Both the position numbers and the translations under genes were made by a program. A model generated the notes under the pieces. The model was not told where the DNA came from. It searched no databases and saw nothing but the letters and a program-made list of their open reading frames with translations. Below, piece after piece: positions 12,746 through 24,711 of a DNA stretch of 64,000 nucleotides (positions are counted from its first letter, which is position 1; each line of letters starts with the position of its first letter). Source of the stretch: Heterodontus francisci (Eukaryota); NCBI RefSeq assembly GCF_036365525.1, contig NC_090399.1:31094430-31158429 (forward strand). The letters are read 5' to 3'.

Positions 12746-15682
12746 TATATACAACAGGAACCATTATCCTTTTCATTACAGTGAATGGAAGGTAAAATTG
12801 GTTGGGCTATGTAATGGGTCGCCAATCCAATATTACCCGATTTGCCACATTGCTAAAAGATGTTAGCTCAGATGTTGCGGCCGGTGGCAAAGGAACGGCG
12901 CTGGCTTGCCACAAAATCCATTGACCAGGAACTTTTGAGCGGAGACGTGCTGTCGTCGGCTTCAGAGCCACTGCTGCGCCCTCCACAGAGGATCTGTGGC
13001 ATGTGTGAGCAGGGCAAGAAACAACAAGGTTCTTCAACCAATCAACTTTGAAAATCCTCACTGAGACACGCAAACTAAATGGGCAAGTATAACGCAGAAG
13101 GTAGAAATTATGTACAGAAAGCGATATAAAGATTTTGGTGAAAATGCAATGAAGCGAGAGATAAAAGAAACAGGCTGAAAAGGTATTTTTCAATCTCCAC
13201 AATAAGGATGAGCGCTATTAGCCCTACTCTTATTCCCAATGCAAAACCTGGGCCATTATTCAGCATAACTACTTGCACTTATATAGCGGCTTTAATATAG
13301 AAGTAATCCTCCAAGCACTTCATAAAGACTGAAGGAAATTGAGCCAAATTGAGGTCTTAAGAGGGTTGCGCAAAACGTAAGCCAAAGGCATGGGCTTGAA
13401 GGATTGCCTGATAGGAATGCAAATGGAATTGCAGTGGCTTAAGGGAGGGAATTGCAGAGCCGAAATGGGGCTGAAAGGCTGGTGGAGAAATGTGCCGCCG
13501 GATATAGAAGAGACCGGCATCTGTTGAATAGAGAATTCTGGGTTGTGTGATGAATGCAATTATAATCTCTTCGGATGGCTACTCGTTAGGTGTAATTTTA
13601 ACTTTGCCGAAGCTCTAAAATTGGCGAAATCATATTGGCTGCCCATTGGGCACACGCTCGAGTTTCCTGTCATTGAATTCAATAGAAAGGAAAATTGGAC
13701 CTGGTGTATAATTTCATCTGACATGTGTCAGCCCATTTCACCGGACTATCATTCTCTTCCTGAGGTCTGATGCTGGCCTCCTACTGTTGTGTCACCTATA
13801 ATGCTGACCCGTAGTGAATACCACTGTCTTTGTCTCAGTCTGAAAAACTGATTTTCCTTCCATTAAAATCAGTTGAAGAATAATGTGAAGGTTATGCAAA
13901 GGCGTGGACTTCTCTTGTTCCAGATTTTCGTTAGGGTGATGCTTTTATCGAGAGCTGTTATTATAGAAAAATGTCTCAAAGCTCTTCACAAATTCTCGAA
14001 CAAACTCTGACCCAGCAAAGACGAGTAAATGAAAACAAGTGCTGTTGGCCCCTTAAGAGATGAATTCCAAAGGATTGCTAAGTTGTTGCCCACCAATGTC
14101 CCAAGGAGCGGATGTGAATGAACAATTGGAACAGATATTATTTGTCTCTTCCAATCAGTACTTTCGATGTTGCCTGTCGATCCCTGAATAATTCTAATAC
14201 TGCACTTAGGAGCACCTAACGGCAACGTCACTTACATAGCACATACAGCTGAAACCTTTACAGAGAACGTGAAATTCATGCACAAATGGTGCAGTTGTTT
14301 CCCTAGTCATTAATCCTTGTGCATATGAAAATTGCATTGTGAGGAACATGCAGATGAAGAAACTCTTGCATCCATGGAAAAATGCGTCACCTATTTTTGG
14401 ACAGTGCAGTTCAAGGTGGAATTACGCCGCTGATAATCTGTAGTGTTGCTGCAACGATTATGTCTGTTCAATAATCTGAAGATGAATGCGTATAAATCTA
14501 GTCTGCTTCTCTGCACTGAGCTCCAGACTTTTTTTTATAAGTTGGATGACTTTTTAATCTTCAGGAAGTTAAGGGATACCATGTTTGCGAAATGGGATAC
14601 TTTCCCATTCCAGGTAACTAGGTTCAGCATTCGCCACTTGCCGGCAGCTGTGGCACAATCAGCCCTTCCTTCTGACATGCTGTATCTTGCCTTAATAACA
14701 ATCTCTGAAGCCACACTCAGTACTGTGTCACTGTGATGGTCTTATTTCTCATACCATTCAAGCTTCTTGCCTTTCTGAGTAAGCTATATCATATAATACC
14801 AATTAATTTAAAAGAAGGGATTATTTTCTTACGCTAATCATACCGTGAACAGAGAGTTCAATGCCACCAGTCTGTGCTGGACTATGTTGGGGTATTTAGG
14901 GGGTCCTCCAATATATTGACTGATTGCTTATTACGATAAGTGCTTAAATTAATCTCAAGACTATCCACACACACACAAACACAGGCATATATAGACTAAC
15001 TTTTTATTTCAAATTCATTTAATTAACTGATTTGAAATTCGCTGGCCGCCATGGTAGGCTTTGAAATCATGTCTCCTGTTCATTGATCCAGGCCTCTGGA
15101 TTCTTAATAATGCAACGCAACCATATGGTTCTGTTACCGTTTGTTCCCAGCTTGACAAGTTGTGTCCTCTGTTTGTAAAGCTCCATTATCTCACTGTTAA
15201 AGCTGTAGTTATTAAGAAAATTTACGTGAACTGATTAATAGTATTAATACATTTTAGGGGATGTCGGCCAAATCGCAAATACATCAACAATCCTCAAGTG
15301 GTTAAAAAGCGCTTTACAGTGGGTAATCCAGTCCTCATCGAGAGCATTTGCCTTAGCTATCATCATCGAGTTTCAACCCTTTACCCCCATCCCAAGTATG
15401 AATCCTCAAGCTGATATCTAACATCAGAATTCTGTTGAACTGCCTTGGAAAAAGGATAAAGTGAAGGCTGCGAGATGTAATGCGTTTTCCCTTTTTGACG
15501 GCCTGGAACAGGATGTCTTAGTGTAAGCAATGGTGTAAAGAATCTTTGGGGGCAATTTAAACTCTGGGCAGTAGCATGCAATGGGTGAAATCAAATTCAC
15601 CACTCAACATATGTCGACCAAACAAAGTATGGTCGGGCACTCTGCAAAATGGGCCGTCCATTCCATATTGACAATTTTACAC

Positions 15683-16704
15683 TGTTAGAAATTAAGACTA
15701 TGCATAGAATATATACAGATGATATTTAGCTTGGAATTAGTTAGAGGATTGGGTTGGTATTGTAAGTTGCGTTTTACTGGCAATCGTTTAAGTTTCGTTC
15801 CACTAGAATCAATTGGAATGAACATTTTCATATACGGCAATTGCCCAAGGTGCAAGGGAAACTGGTTATACAGGAAAGGGGAGCGGCCAGATGATGCCTT
15901 TGTGACAGTGGAAAAGTAACGAGGTAGATGTCTAAACAAATAACCATATCATAAAGTTGTGTTAAGATTGTCTTTTAACTTTGTTTAACAAAGCTGTTTG
16001 CTAAAATTCCTAAGTTAACCAGTATATAAGAATAGAATAAGAGCTGTCTTTATAAAAACATCGAATCATCCTGTGGCACAATAGTTTGATAAGGGAGTAG
16101 AACAGTTAGACTGGACTGCTGGTCTGTGTGCAGCTCCGAGCAAAAACAGCTGATAACGGACAGAAACGACCAATCAAATGTTGACTGAGTAAGCTTGAAG
16201 ACTGTTATGTCTCAAGGGACTGATGAATTTGATCACGGGGAAGCAATTCTTCACGTGCTGTAAGGGCATAATACAGACGGGCTTCTCTCCATGAATCAAA
16301 CAAAGAGCTCGACATACCATTGGACATCTATTATTAAAGGGGAACCTCGAAAGGACAATTATGCCTTGTCAATAATGAACCTCAGGTCCACCCAAAAAGC
16401 GGTATAAAAGAAAGATTTGGAGGAGCTCCAGAGCAGGCGGTGAGCTGGAGAAATCCCAAGAGTGGGTCCATGCTTACTTTGGACTAACACTCTTAGGCAG
16501 CTCATGAAGTCGTGAAGACGTGAAGCACCAGAGAAAGGAAAAGAGCTGTTGGCTCATGGACTTGCACAGCACTCGCTACTTGTCACAGTCGTATGTGTTT
16601 GATGTATAACAGGTGTGTTATATTCCATCTTATGCTCAAAATAAACACAACATATTCACCATATTGCAGTCAATCCTGTGTTTCAAAGAGTTTAAGACGA
16701 CAAC
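15683..16704 (+). mobile_element. Candidate solo LTR
   Basis: TGTT...AACA ends, TATAAAA near 16403, AATAAA near 16639 about 60 nt before the end. No matching TSD found, so the left boundary is uncertain. Confidence 0.35.
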
Positions 16705-17830
16705 ACTATCCCCCAAAGATAAATTTACCCCCATTGGTTTCTACAGAGGGAGAGTTTTGAGAGAACGATGGCCCTATTGGTTGGCAGTTTAATACAATAA
16801 TATATCCAATAATCATAGTTACAGAGGCTACCGAGGAGTGTGTTATTTAATGGGGTCGCTGGGTGTGTCTCAATATTTATATATGTACCTATCTCAGCGA
16901 TACAATTTGCTTTAACATTTCTAATCAACGTCCCACAATTACTTTCAATGTACAATCTTGTGTTAATCTATATTACCTTCGTCTCAAATGAAAACATATA
17001 GTTTTGAGCAGCTAAATACAGTTGCATTTTTGTAATAATATAGTTAAATACTGCAGTCCTTTGCCTATATACCAAAGGTAAGTTCCAGGTGTGGAGTTAA
17101 ACAGTTTGTTTGTTTATTTAGTGTTCAAATGAGCATATTGTCGCTATGAACACTGTGATTACCGAAGATGTTTGGCCATGGAAGGAATCACGTCACAGCC
17201 AATTGAGATCAACCTTTGCTCCTCCCTCTCTTACTTTTGTTCCTTCTTCTCATTCATGGCGTTAATAGTTCCCCATTTATATTGTTTCTACCAGTGCTAA
17301 TCCATAGACACCTGCTTCGATAATCCTTTATCCACTTTCGGTATCAGTCCATATCAATATGTAACAAGATATTCCTACCTCTATGTAACTCAAGACTTTC
17401 TTTCTGAGGTCCGTGGTACCAAGTCTAACACACTTAATTCAGGCATAGAATATACCGTTATGGTTAGTTACAAATATTCTCTAAATGTAAATAATATGTG
17501 ACCTAATTTATAAACATGCCTCTTTTGACCACTGCCCAGGAACTACATTGTCGGGTATATTGGCAGCCTTTATGGCTAAGACTGTAGTACTTCATATAAA
17601 ATGAAACTTGCTTATAAATTAAAATTCAGGATGGATTCCCTTACTCTTGATGTTGAAGTCTAACACTACTGCGATTGAATTACTCAGTATGACATTTTGC
17701 CTTCTGAATTACTTGTTTTAGAGTGGAGGCTGGATGGTCAACAAAGCTGAAGCTGGTTTGGCTATTGAAGGAACATATTACATGCTAGTTATACGAATAT
17801 CTTTGGAACATTTTCGATAAAACATTGATA

Positions 17831-18857
17831 TCATCAGCATGGAGCTCGGTGACCAGTGGTGTTCCACAAGGATCTGTTCTGGGACCTCTGCTCTTTGTGA
17901 TTTTTCTAAATGGCTTGGATGAGGAAGTGGAAGGCTGGGTTAGCAAGTTTGCCGATGGCACGAAGGTTGCTGGAGTGGTGGATAGTGTGGCAGGCTGTTG
18001 TAGGTTGCAACGGGACATTGACTGGATGCAGAGCTGGGCTGAGAAGTGGCAGATGGAGTTCAACCTGGAAAAGTGTGAAGTGATTCATTTTGGAAGGTCG
18101 AAATTGAATGCGGAATACAGGCTTAAAGACAGGATTCTTGGTAGTGTGGAGGAACAGAGGGATCTTGGGGTCCATGTCCATAGATCGCTCAAAGTTGCCA
18201 CCCAAGTTGATAGGGTTGTTAAGAAGGCGTATGGTGTGTTGGCTTTCATTAACAGGGGGATTGAGCTTAAGAGCAGCGAGGTTATGCTGCAGCTCTATAA
18301 GGCCCTGGTTCGACCACACTTGGAATATTGTGTTCAGTTCTGGTCGCCTCATTATAGAAAGGATGTGGAAGCTTTAGAGAGGGTGCAGAGGAGATTTACC
18401 AGGATGCTGCCTGGACTGGAAGGCATGTCCTACGAAGAAAGATTGAGGGAGCTAGGGCTTTTCTCATTGGAGCGAAGAAGGATGAGAGGTGACTTGATAG
18501 AGGGGTACAAGATGATGAGAGGCATAGATAGAGTAGATAGTCAGAGACTTTTTCCCAGGATGGAAAGGGCTATCACCAGGGGGCATAATTTTAGGGTGAT
18601 TGGAGGAAGGTTTCGGGGAGATGTCAGAGGTAGGTTCTTTACACAGAGAGTGGTGGGTGCGTGGAATGCACTGCCAGCGGTGGTAGTAGAAGCAGATACA
18701 TTAGGGGCATTTAAGCGACTCTTGGATAGGTACATGGATGATAGTAGAATGAAGGATAGGTAGTTACTTAGATCTTAGAGTAGGTTAAAGGTTCTGCACA
18801 ACATTGTGGGCCGAAGGGCCTGTACTGTGCTGTACTGTTCTATGTTCTATGTTCTAT
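17831..18857 (+). mobile_element. Relatively young 5'-truncated CR1 (HER1-like) LINE
   Basis: Uninterrupted 312-aa frame with GVPQGSVLGPLLF, KFADGT (FADD-derived), RPHLEYCVQFWSP and WNALP. Ends in (TGTTCTA)n repeats. Confidence 0.95.
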
Positions 18858-19517
18858 ATTGTGCCTGAACACATTGGAAAAGATGCGTATTAAATAACAG
18901 ATGAAAAGTACAAATTAACTTCAGAACTGATGCATATGAAAGGTAAACAACTATTTGCAACTGTCCGTTAAACTTAACAGTTCTGTTCGTCTGCATCAGA
19001 TTAGACTACTTACACTAGATTCTGCCAGTTTTCTTACAAGAGACAGTTGAATTGTGCATTTTTTGACATAATATTGAAAGTATTTCACACGATTCTTCTA
19101 ATTGTGAAGTTCTTTATTGCATACCCGGCTTAAGCGGAGTTCAAATAATTTACTCTGCTGTCCAAACGTTGCAACACATTATTTGGCCAATGCTACAAAA
19201 GTGGGAGAGGGGTATTCCTTCTGGGCACTGTGTAACGCCATCATAAAGGTGCAACAACATTTCCTTATGTTACATTTTCTAGGGAATTTGTAGAAATTGC
19301 TCGGAAAGAAACATTGAATTCTTTCTCAGATGTTTCGAATGACTATCACACAACAACCAAAGCGATTGTAAATAGTTTCAAATCGCTGGATACAAGAGAA
19401 TTTGTATCACTTGATTACAACAGCACTGAAAACCTTACAGAGGGGTAATAAATCCATTGGTTTCTGTGAGAAAATTGCAGTTAAATAGAAAAAAAGTTAT
19501 TTTAGAAAAATATGGGT

Positions 19518-19529
19518 GGATAGATAAAT

Positions 19530-19577
<48 letters not shown>

Positions 19578-19578
19578 G
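19518..19578 (+). repeat. (GATA)n microsatellite at the start of duplicated unit 1
   Basis: Direct reading of about 15 GATA-type units. Confidence 0.95.
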
Positions 19579-19696
19579 AGTTGAGTTACATGTCTCCACA
19601 ATATGCAATAATGTAGAATGTTGGAGGTTAACATCCTAAATGGCTTCAAAATCAATGCTGTAATTCCAAAAAAAAGCCACACGCACAACATTGTCT

Positions 19697-19777
19697 TTAG
19701 CGGCGGATGAACGTTTTTTTTCGCTTTCCTTCATTGAAGTTCAGTGTACAATATTGTACATTGTCCGCTTCATTTGT
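19697..19777 (-). pseudogene. Terminal cytoplasmic exon with ITIM (copy 1) of NKp30-like receptor
   Basis: Acceptor tttatttctcttcaaacag, then phase-0 TNEADNVQYCTLNFNEGKRKKTFIRR*. VQYCTL (19759-19742) fits the ITIM consensus (I/V/L/S)xYxx(L/V). Confidence 0.7.
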
Positions 19778-19890
19778 CTGTTTGAAGAGAAATAAAATAT
19801 TAATTTAATTAACAGTATATATTACTTACAAAGAAATAAAGTCGTGTTATTTTTGTCCTCGTCGAACTACATATAAATATATATTCATAT

Positions 19891-19982
19891 GTTTGAGATA
19901 TTATGGTATAAAGCCGCATTTTCTGTCCAACTTGTTTTGCTGCAATTCTCCTCAAGCTTTCCTGTCAACATTAGAATAAAAA
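19891..19982 (-). pseudogene. Cytoplasmic exon 1 (copy 1) with YxN-type tyrosine motif; donor mutated
   Basis: 92 nt, phase 1 to 0, open: (V)FILMLTGKLEENCSKTSWTENAALYHNISN. The donor position reads atatga where copy 2 has gtatga. 113-nt intron to the ITIM exon. Confidence 0.55.
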
Positions 19983-20244
19983 CTTTACAATGACAATACT
20001 GTAATTAACGAGTTATAACAATTCAGATGCCTTTTCTGGCCACTCTACTAAGTGAACCTGATTGATATTCTGCAAATGTGAAATATATTCATCAACTGAA
20101 GATGGGCAAAATCATGGGCAATTTATTAACCATGTTTCAGTTTCTTAGCATGATGAAAATATATAGTGAGACAATAATACTTCTGTAGAATTTATGTAAA
20201 GAATTCTGGATGGATTTATCTGTGTGATTGCTATTAGTAATAAT

Positions 20245-20836
20245 TGCTGGAAATAGAGACATTTTGTCAAAGCTTTTCCGCTTGCACGCATCAGGACAAA
20301 TGGCAAGTATACCAATGTCAGGGAAAGCACAGATATGCAAAACTGAACTCAACTGCATGAATTGCCGAGTTCATAAGTTAAATGTGATTCTGCGATTCGA
20401 CATCATATGCCCAATAACCCTCAGTGTGCTAAGAATTATGCTGACAACCAACTGGGCCCTATTCTTTGCAGACAGAAAGAAGATGTGCACACATTGCGCC
20501 TGTTTCAGCTGAACAAAATAAGTGACAGTCATTCGCTGGTCCATGACTCAGGGCAATACCTTGACCAATCAGAGTCAAGCTGTCTGGTTTAAATTCCAAA
20601 CATAGCTTGGCAATTAACTATTTGTCACCATAAACGGCTGCATTCCCCATGGCAACGCCTCTACCAATCAGAGTCCACTTGCCAACTAATCAGCATTCTC
20701 TTCTCACACGGTATATATGTGTTGCTTTCCCTTACATTGGTATTGCTTTGATTTTTCCTTCTGAGTGCAAGAACGAACAGCTTCGACAAAATGCCTCTAT
20801 TTTCAGCAATACTCAAGTTCTACACTGCCAAACGAT
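20245..20836 (+). mobile_element. Penelope-like element, second family; internally deleted, with about 85-bp inverted termini
   Basis: 13-bp TSD tattagtaataat (20232-20244 / 20837-20849). Peptide remnant NNPQCAKNYADNQ..GPILCRQKE resembles a GIY-YIG C-terminus. Inverted arms each carry a degenerate hammerhead motif. Confidence 0.75.
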
Positions 20837-20887
20837 TATTAGTAATAATATAATGCCAGATAGCTAGACAGAAAAATAGATAAATAG

Positions 20888-21999
20888 AAGAAAATACTGC
20901 AGGTTCTGGAAATATGAAATAAAAAAAAAATAAAATGCTGGAAATACTCAACAGGTCTGGTAGCATCCGTGGAGAGAAAGGCAGAGTTAACATTTCAGGT
21001 CAGTGACCCTTCATCAGAATTGACAGAGGTTAGAAACGTAATAGGTTTTAAGCAAATAAAGTGGAGGTGGGGGAAGAGATAACATAAGGCAAGGTGTTGA
21101 TGGTACAGGGTTACAGAGAATAACTGAGCAGAAGGTCATGGAGCAAAGGCAAACGGTGTGTTAACAGTGTGTTGAAAGACAAAGCGATAGTGCAGAGAGG
21201 GTGTTGATGGACAGAAAAATGAACAGTCCTGGCCCAAAGCAGATACATGAAAAAAACAGTGGGCAGACAAATGGTAAGAAAAATGAACGATTAAGCAAAA
21301 TAAAATAAAATGTTGAAATAGCAAGCAATTGGATGCTCGGGGTAACGCAGATTGGGTGACAGCTTTGCGGAACACCTCCTCACAGTCCAAAAACATAACC
21401 TCGAGCTTCCGGTTGCTTGCCATTTCAACACACACCCCTGCTCTCATGCCCACATATCTCTCCTGGGCTTGCTGCAGTGTTCCAGTGAACATCAACGCAA
21501 GCTCGAGGAACAACATGTCATTTACCGATTAGGCATGCAACAGCCTGCTGGACTGAACACTGAGTTCAATAATTTCAGAGCATGACGGTCCCCATTTTAT
21601 TTTCAGTTATTTTTTCTTTTTTTATTTTGTTTCATCATTCATTTTTCTTACCACGTGCCTGTCCACTGTTTTTTTTCATGTTTGTGCTTTGGGCCAGGGC
21701 TGTTCATTTTTCAGTCCATTAACACCCTCTCTGCACTAACGCATTGTCTTTCAACACAATATTAACACACCCCGTTTGCCTTTGCTCCATGACCTTCTGC
21801 TCAGTTATTCTTTGTGACGCTGTCCTTTGTGACCTTGCCATTTGTTATCTCTTGCCCTACCCTGCCTGATTTGCTTAAACCCTATTACGTTTCTAACCTT
21901 TGCCAGTTCTGATGAAGGGTCACTGACCTGAAACATTAACTCTGCTTCTCTCTCCAAAGATGCTGCCAGACCTGCTGAGTATTTCCAGCATTGTTAGCG
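20888..21999. mobile_element. Palindromic Penelope-like (Neptune-type) insertion made of two inverted 3' ends
   Basis: 12-bp TSD atagataaatag (20876-20887 / 22000-22011). The plus arm encodes the endonuclease C-terminus GDSFAEHL...LPVACHFN...RKLEEQH.IYRLG..QPAGLN.EF. The left arm is its reverse complement with an internal deletion. Confidence 0.9.
21905..21941 (+). ncRNA. Minimal type I hammerhead ribozyme motif in Penelope terminal repeat
   Basis: AGTT-CTGATGA-AGGGTCACTGACCT-GAAA-CATT-AACT: intact CUGAUGA and GAAA boxes, a stem II hairpin, and AGTT/AACT stem I. Activity is untested. Confidence 0.6.
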
Positions 22000-22087
22000 A
22001 TAGATAAATAGTTTGAGTTGCATGCCTCCATAATGTGCAATAATGTATAATGGCGCTAACATGCTAACTACCTTGAAGATCAAACTT

Positions 22088-22189
22088 TTAACAAATCGCA
22101 CGAAACCTTGTCTTTATCCACAGATGATTGCTTTTCTCTCTTTCATTGAAGCTCAGTGCAAAACACTGCACATTATCGACTTCATTTGC
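22088..22189 (-). pseudogene. Terminal cytoplasmic exon (copy 2); ITIM tyrosine lost
   Basis: Same acceptor tttatttctcttcaaacag. Reads ANEVDNVQCFALSFNERE...; TAT>TGT (Y>C) at the ITIM position. Confidence 0.65.
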
Positions 22190-22295
22190 CTGTTTGAAGA
22201 GAAATAAAGTACCTTACTAAAATATATTAATTAGAGGAAAACAAAAGTTCGGTTGTTTTATTTTCATTGAACAACACATAAATATTCATTCATAC

Positions 22296-22390
22296 ATTAG
22301 AAATGTTTATTGTGTGTAGACACATTTCCTGTGCAGTTTCCTTTGTCAATCTTTCCCCTCAAGCTTTTCAGTCAACATTTAGCACTGAAA
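22296..22390 (-). pseudogene. Cytoplasmic exon 1 (copy 2) with two in-frame stops
   Basis: 95 nt, phase 1 to 0, acceptor ttttaaag, donor gtatga. Homologous to 19891-19982. 106-nt intron to the next exon. Confidence 0.55.
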
Positions 22391-23723
22391 CTTTAAAATG
22401 ACACCCTCGAGTTAAACAGTTGCAGAAAACCATGTTGCGGCAAATTTAGCTACCAAGTGAATTTGATTTCTATCATGTATATAAAAATATATTCATTAAC
22501 TGACTGTGGGCAAAGTCACAGGGAACTTATTAACCTTGTTTCAGTTTCTTAGAGTTATTATGAAACGACAACAATATGGTTAGCATTTCATGTGAATATT
22601 TGTGGATTGATTTATTATCACAATCATTGTTATTAATCATATATTACATTTAAGCATTTTCAGATGTTACAAGTGCATTACTTGATGCAGTATTGAATGA
22701 TAGGACATAAAAAAGGTTCTGGGCTGGTTCATCTAGCTGAGCACTGCTGGGCTAGCCGAACGGGTGCTACAAATAACTTTAGTACCGCTTGGCTAAATTG
22801 GCAAAAAATAAGCAGTAGTAGCTTTCATTGCTACTGAATGCCGGTTGGAAATTGCAGCAGCAAAGGGCTTCACTCTGATGTTTATTTATAGCTCAAGCAA
22901 CTGACGACGCTGTCTACCGAGGCTCACAGCTGAAGATTTAACACTGGTACGCACTTCAGAAGAACAACTGGCAACTCTGGAACCATAACTCAACATCAAA
23001 GCATAGATGAAGAAAAATATTCAACAATATCAATTGTTCGGAATTTTGATCGGAACCTCGATTGTAACCAAATTAAGCTGCAATGCTTAACACCAGGATG
23101 AAATTGATACAAATAGTTTGAACTTGAAAAAAATTGTAACGGCAAATTATTAAAGAATTGTTACAAGTGTGGAAAAAGGTTAATCATACTGAATTTTAAT
23201 CTGCTAGAGTAAGAATGCTATTTATTTTCTCTATACTGTAGCAGTACTATCCTTCTAACTTTTTTGTTAAGAAAAGGGAAAAAGACAATTTTTAATGTCA
23301 TGACCATTCAACGTTTAAACTGAGACTGACGCTAAGACATTGGTTACATTTAATATAAACCATCTTCATAATGAAGAATCTAAATTCTATATTGGCTCGT
23401 AAGTTTCAAGAAGCTGTAATTGATAACATGATGCAAGGACAATAGTTAGTCCTGTAACAGAAAAAAAAAATCTGGGTAAATATAATCTTCTCAGTTTGGG
23501 TTTGTGTCGTATGAGGGAATTAACTGCTTGTTAAAATGCGAAAGAAAAATAGTTAACCATTTCCTTTGATAAAATGGAAATTATATGTAACAAGAGCGAA
23601 ATTATGGAGTAATTTTCGTTGTTCCAACGAAAAAAATATCTTGTTAGTAAGAAAACCAGTTTATTAGTTGAAGCTGCTGAGAAAGTCAATTAGACTCCCA
23701 TGGCATGGAGTTATGCTTTTGTG

Positions 23724-23760
23724 TGAGTCATAGTGGTCGGTGTGAGGGAATTATATAAAA
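23724..23760 (+). promoter_or_regulatory. Candidate Pol II promoter: AP-1 site plus TATA box
   Basis: TGAGTCA at 23724-23730 and TATATAAAA at 23752-23760, 55 nt upstream of the ATG of a leader-like exon. Confidence 0.4.
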
Positions 23761-23814
23761 AGTGATAGTTTGTAATGAGCATTGCGATTTGAAAGGTTTT
23801 GAGCAGCCGAAAGA

Positions 23815-23905
23815 ATGAAGCTCAGAACTGGATTGTATTTAAATCATCAGGTGCTGTTGCAAATATTATCTTCTCTGTGGATATTTTAGTACTTTTGCAT
23901 GGACG
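23815..23905 (+). pseudogene. Signal-peptide-like first exon with an internal stop
   Basis: MKLRTGLYLNHQVLLQILSSLWIF*YFCMD-G then gtatgc. Phase-1 donor as expected for Ig-superfamily leaders. TAG at 23887-23889. Confidence 0.45.
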
Positions 23906-24284
23906 GTATGCTTAAGTCTACACGTTTCAATTCAAAGCCTCAAGAACTCTTTTGAATTTTAGGAATATATAAAAAAAATCTAATCATGAATATCATCAAC
24001 AATCATCAAACAGGTATCACTGTGTTTAAGATAAGCACACGCGTGCTCATTTTGAGGTTCCATGTACCTGATTGCCAACTCGGCACGAAGATCCTTCATC
24101 ACGTTTCTCTATATAATGTAACAGAGAGAAAATGTAGAATGTTAGAAAGATCAGTGCCCAGAAATCGCCTATCAGCACTCCCACGCTTGCCCCCCCATTA
24201 TGATCCTAACTCATATAGTTTAAAATGCAAATGTAGTACCACAAAATATAAAGCACATCCATAATATAGATATTATTGTATTCA

Positions 24285-24711
24285 TATAGAAAGGGATAAG
24301 GAAAATGCTGGAATGTATTATGCGGGAAGTTATAACAGATCATTTAGAAAATCTCAATGCAATAAGGAAGAGTTAGCATGGTTTTTGAAAGGGAAATCAT
24401 ATTTGAATAATTTATTAGCGTTCTTTGAGGAAGTAACAAGCAACGTGGATAAAGGGGAACATGTGGATGTGGTGAACTTCGTTTTCCAGTCAGCCTCTGA
24501 CAAGGTACCACATCAAAGGTTACTAAATAATGTAAGAGCCCATGATATAGGGGGCAAGATATTAGAATGGATGGAGGATTGGTTTGCTAACAGGAAACAG
24601 ACAGTAGTCAGAAATGGGTCCTTTTCAGGTTGGCAAGCTGCAACTAGTGGAGTGCCACAGGGATCAGTGCTGGGGCCTCAAATAGTTACAATATACATCA
24701 ATGATTTGGAT
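24285..24711 (+). mobile_element. CR1 RT fragment
   Basis: KSYLNNLLAFFEEVT..VDKGEHVDVV, SGVPQGSVLGP, IYINDLD, followed by an abrupt switch to unrelated sequence. Confidence 0.85.

Noticed and set aside
19745-19760. Perfect 16-bp palindrome tgtacaatattgtaca
   Set aside because: It coincides with the ITIM codons and is not preserved in copy 2, so it is probably incidental.
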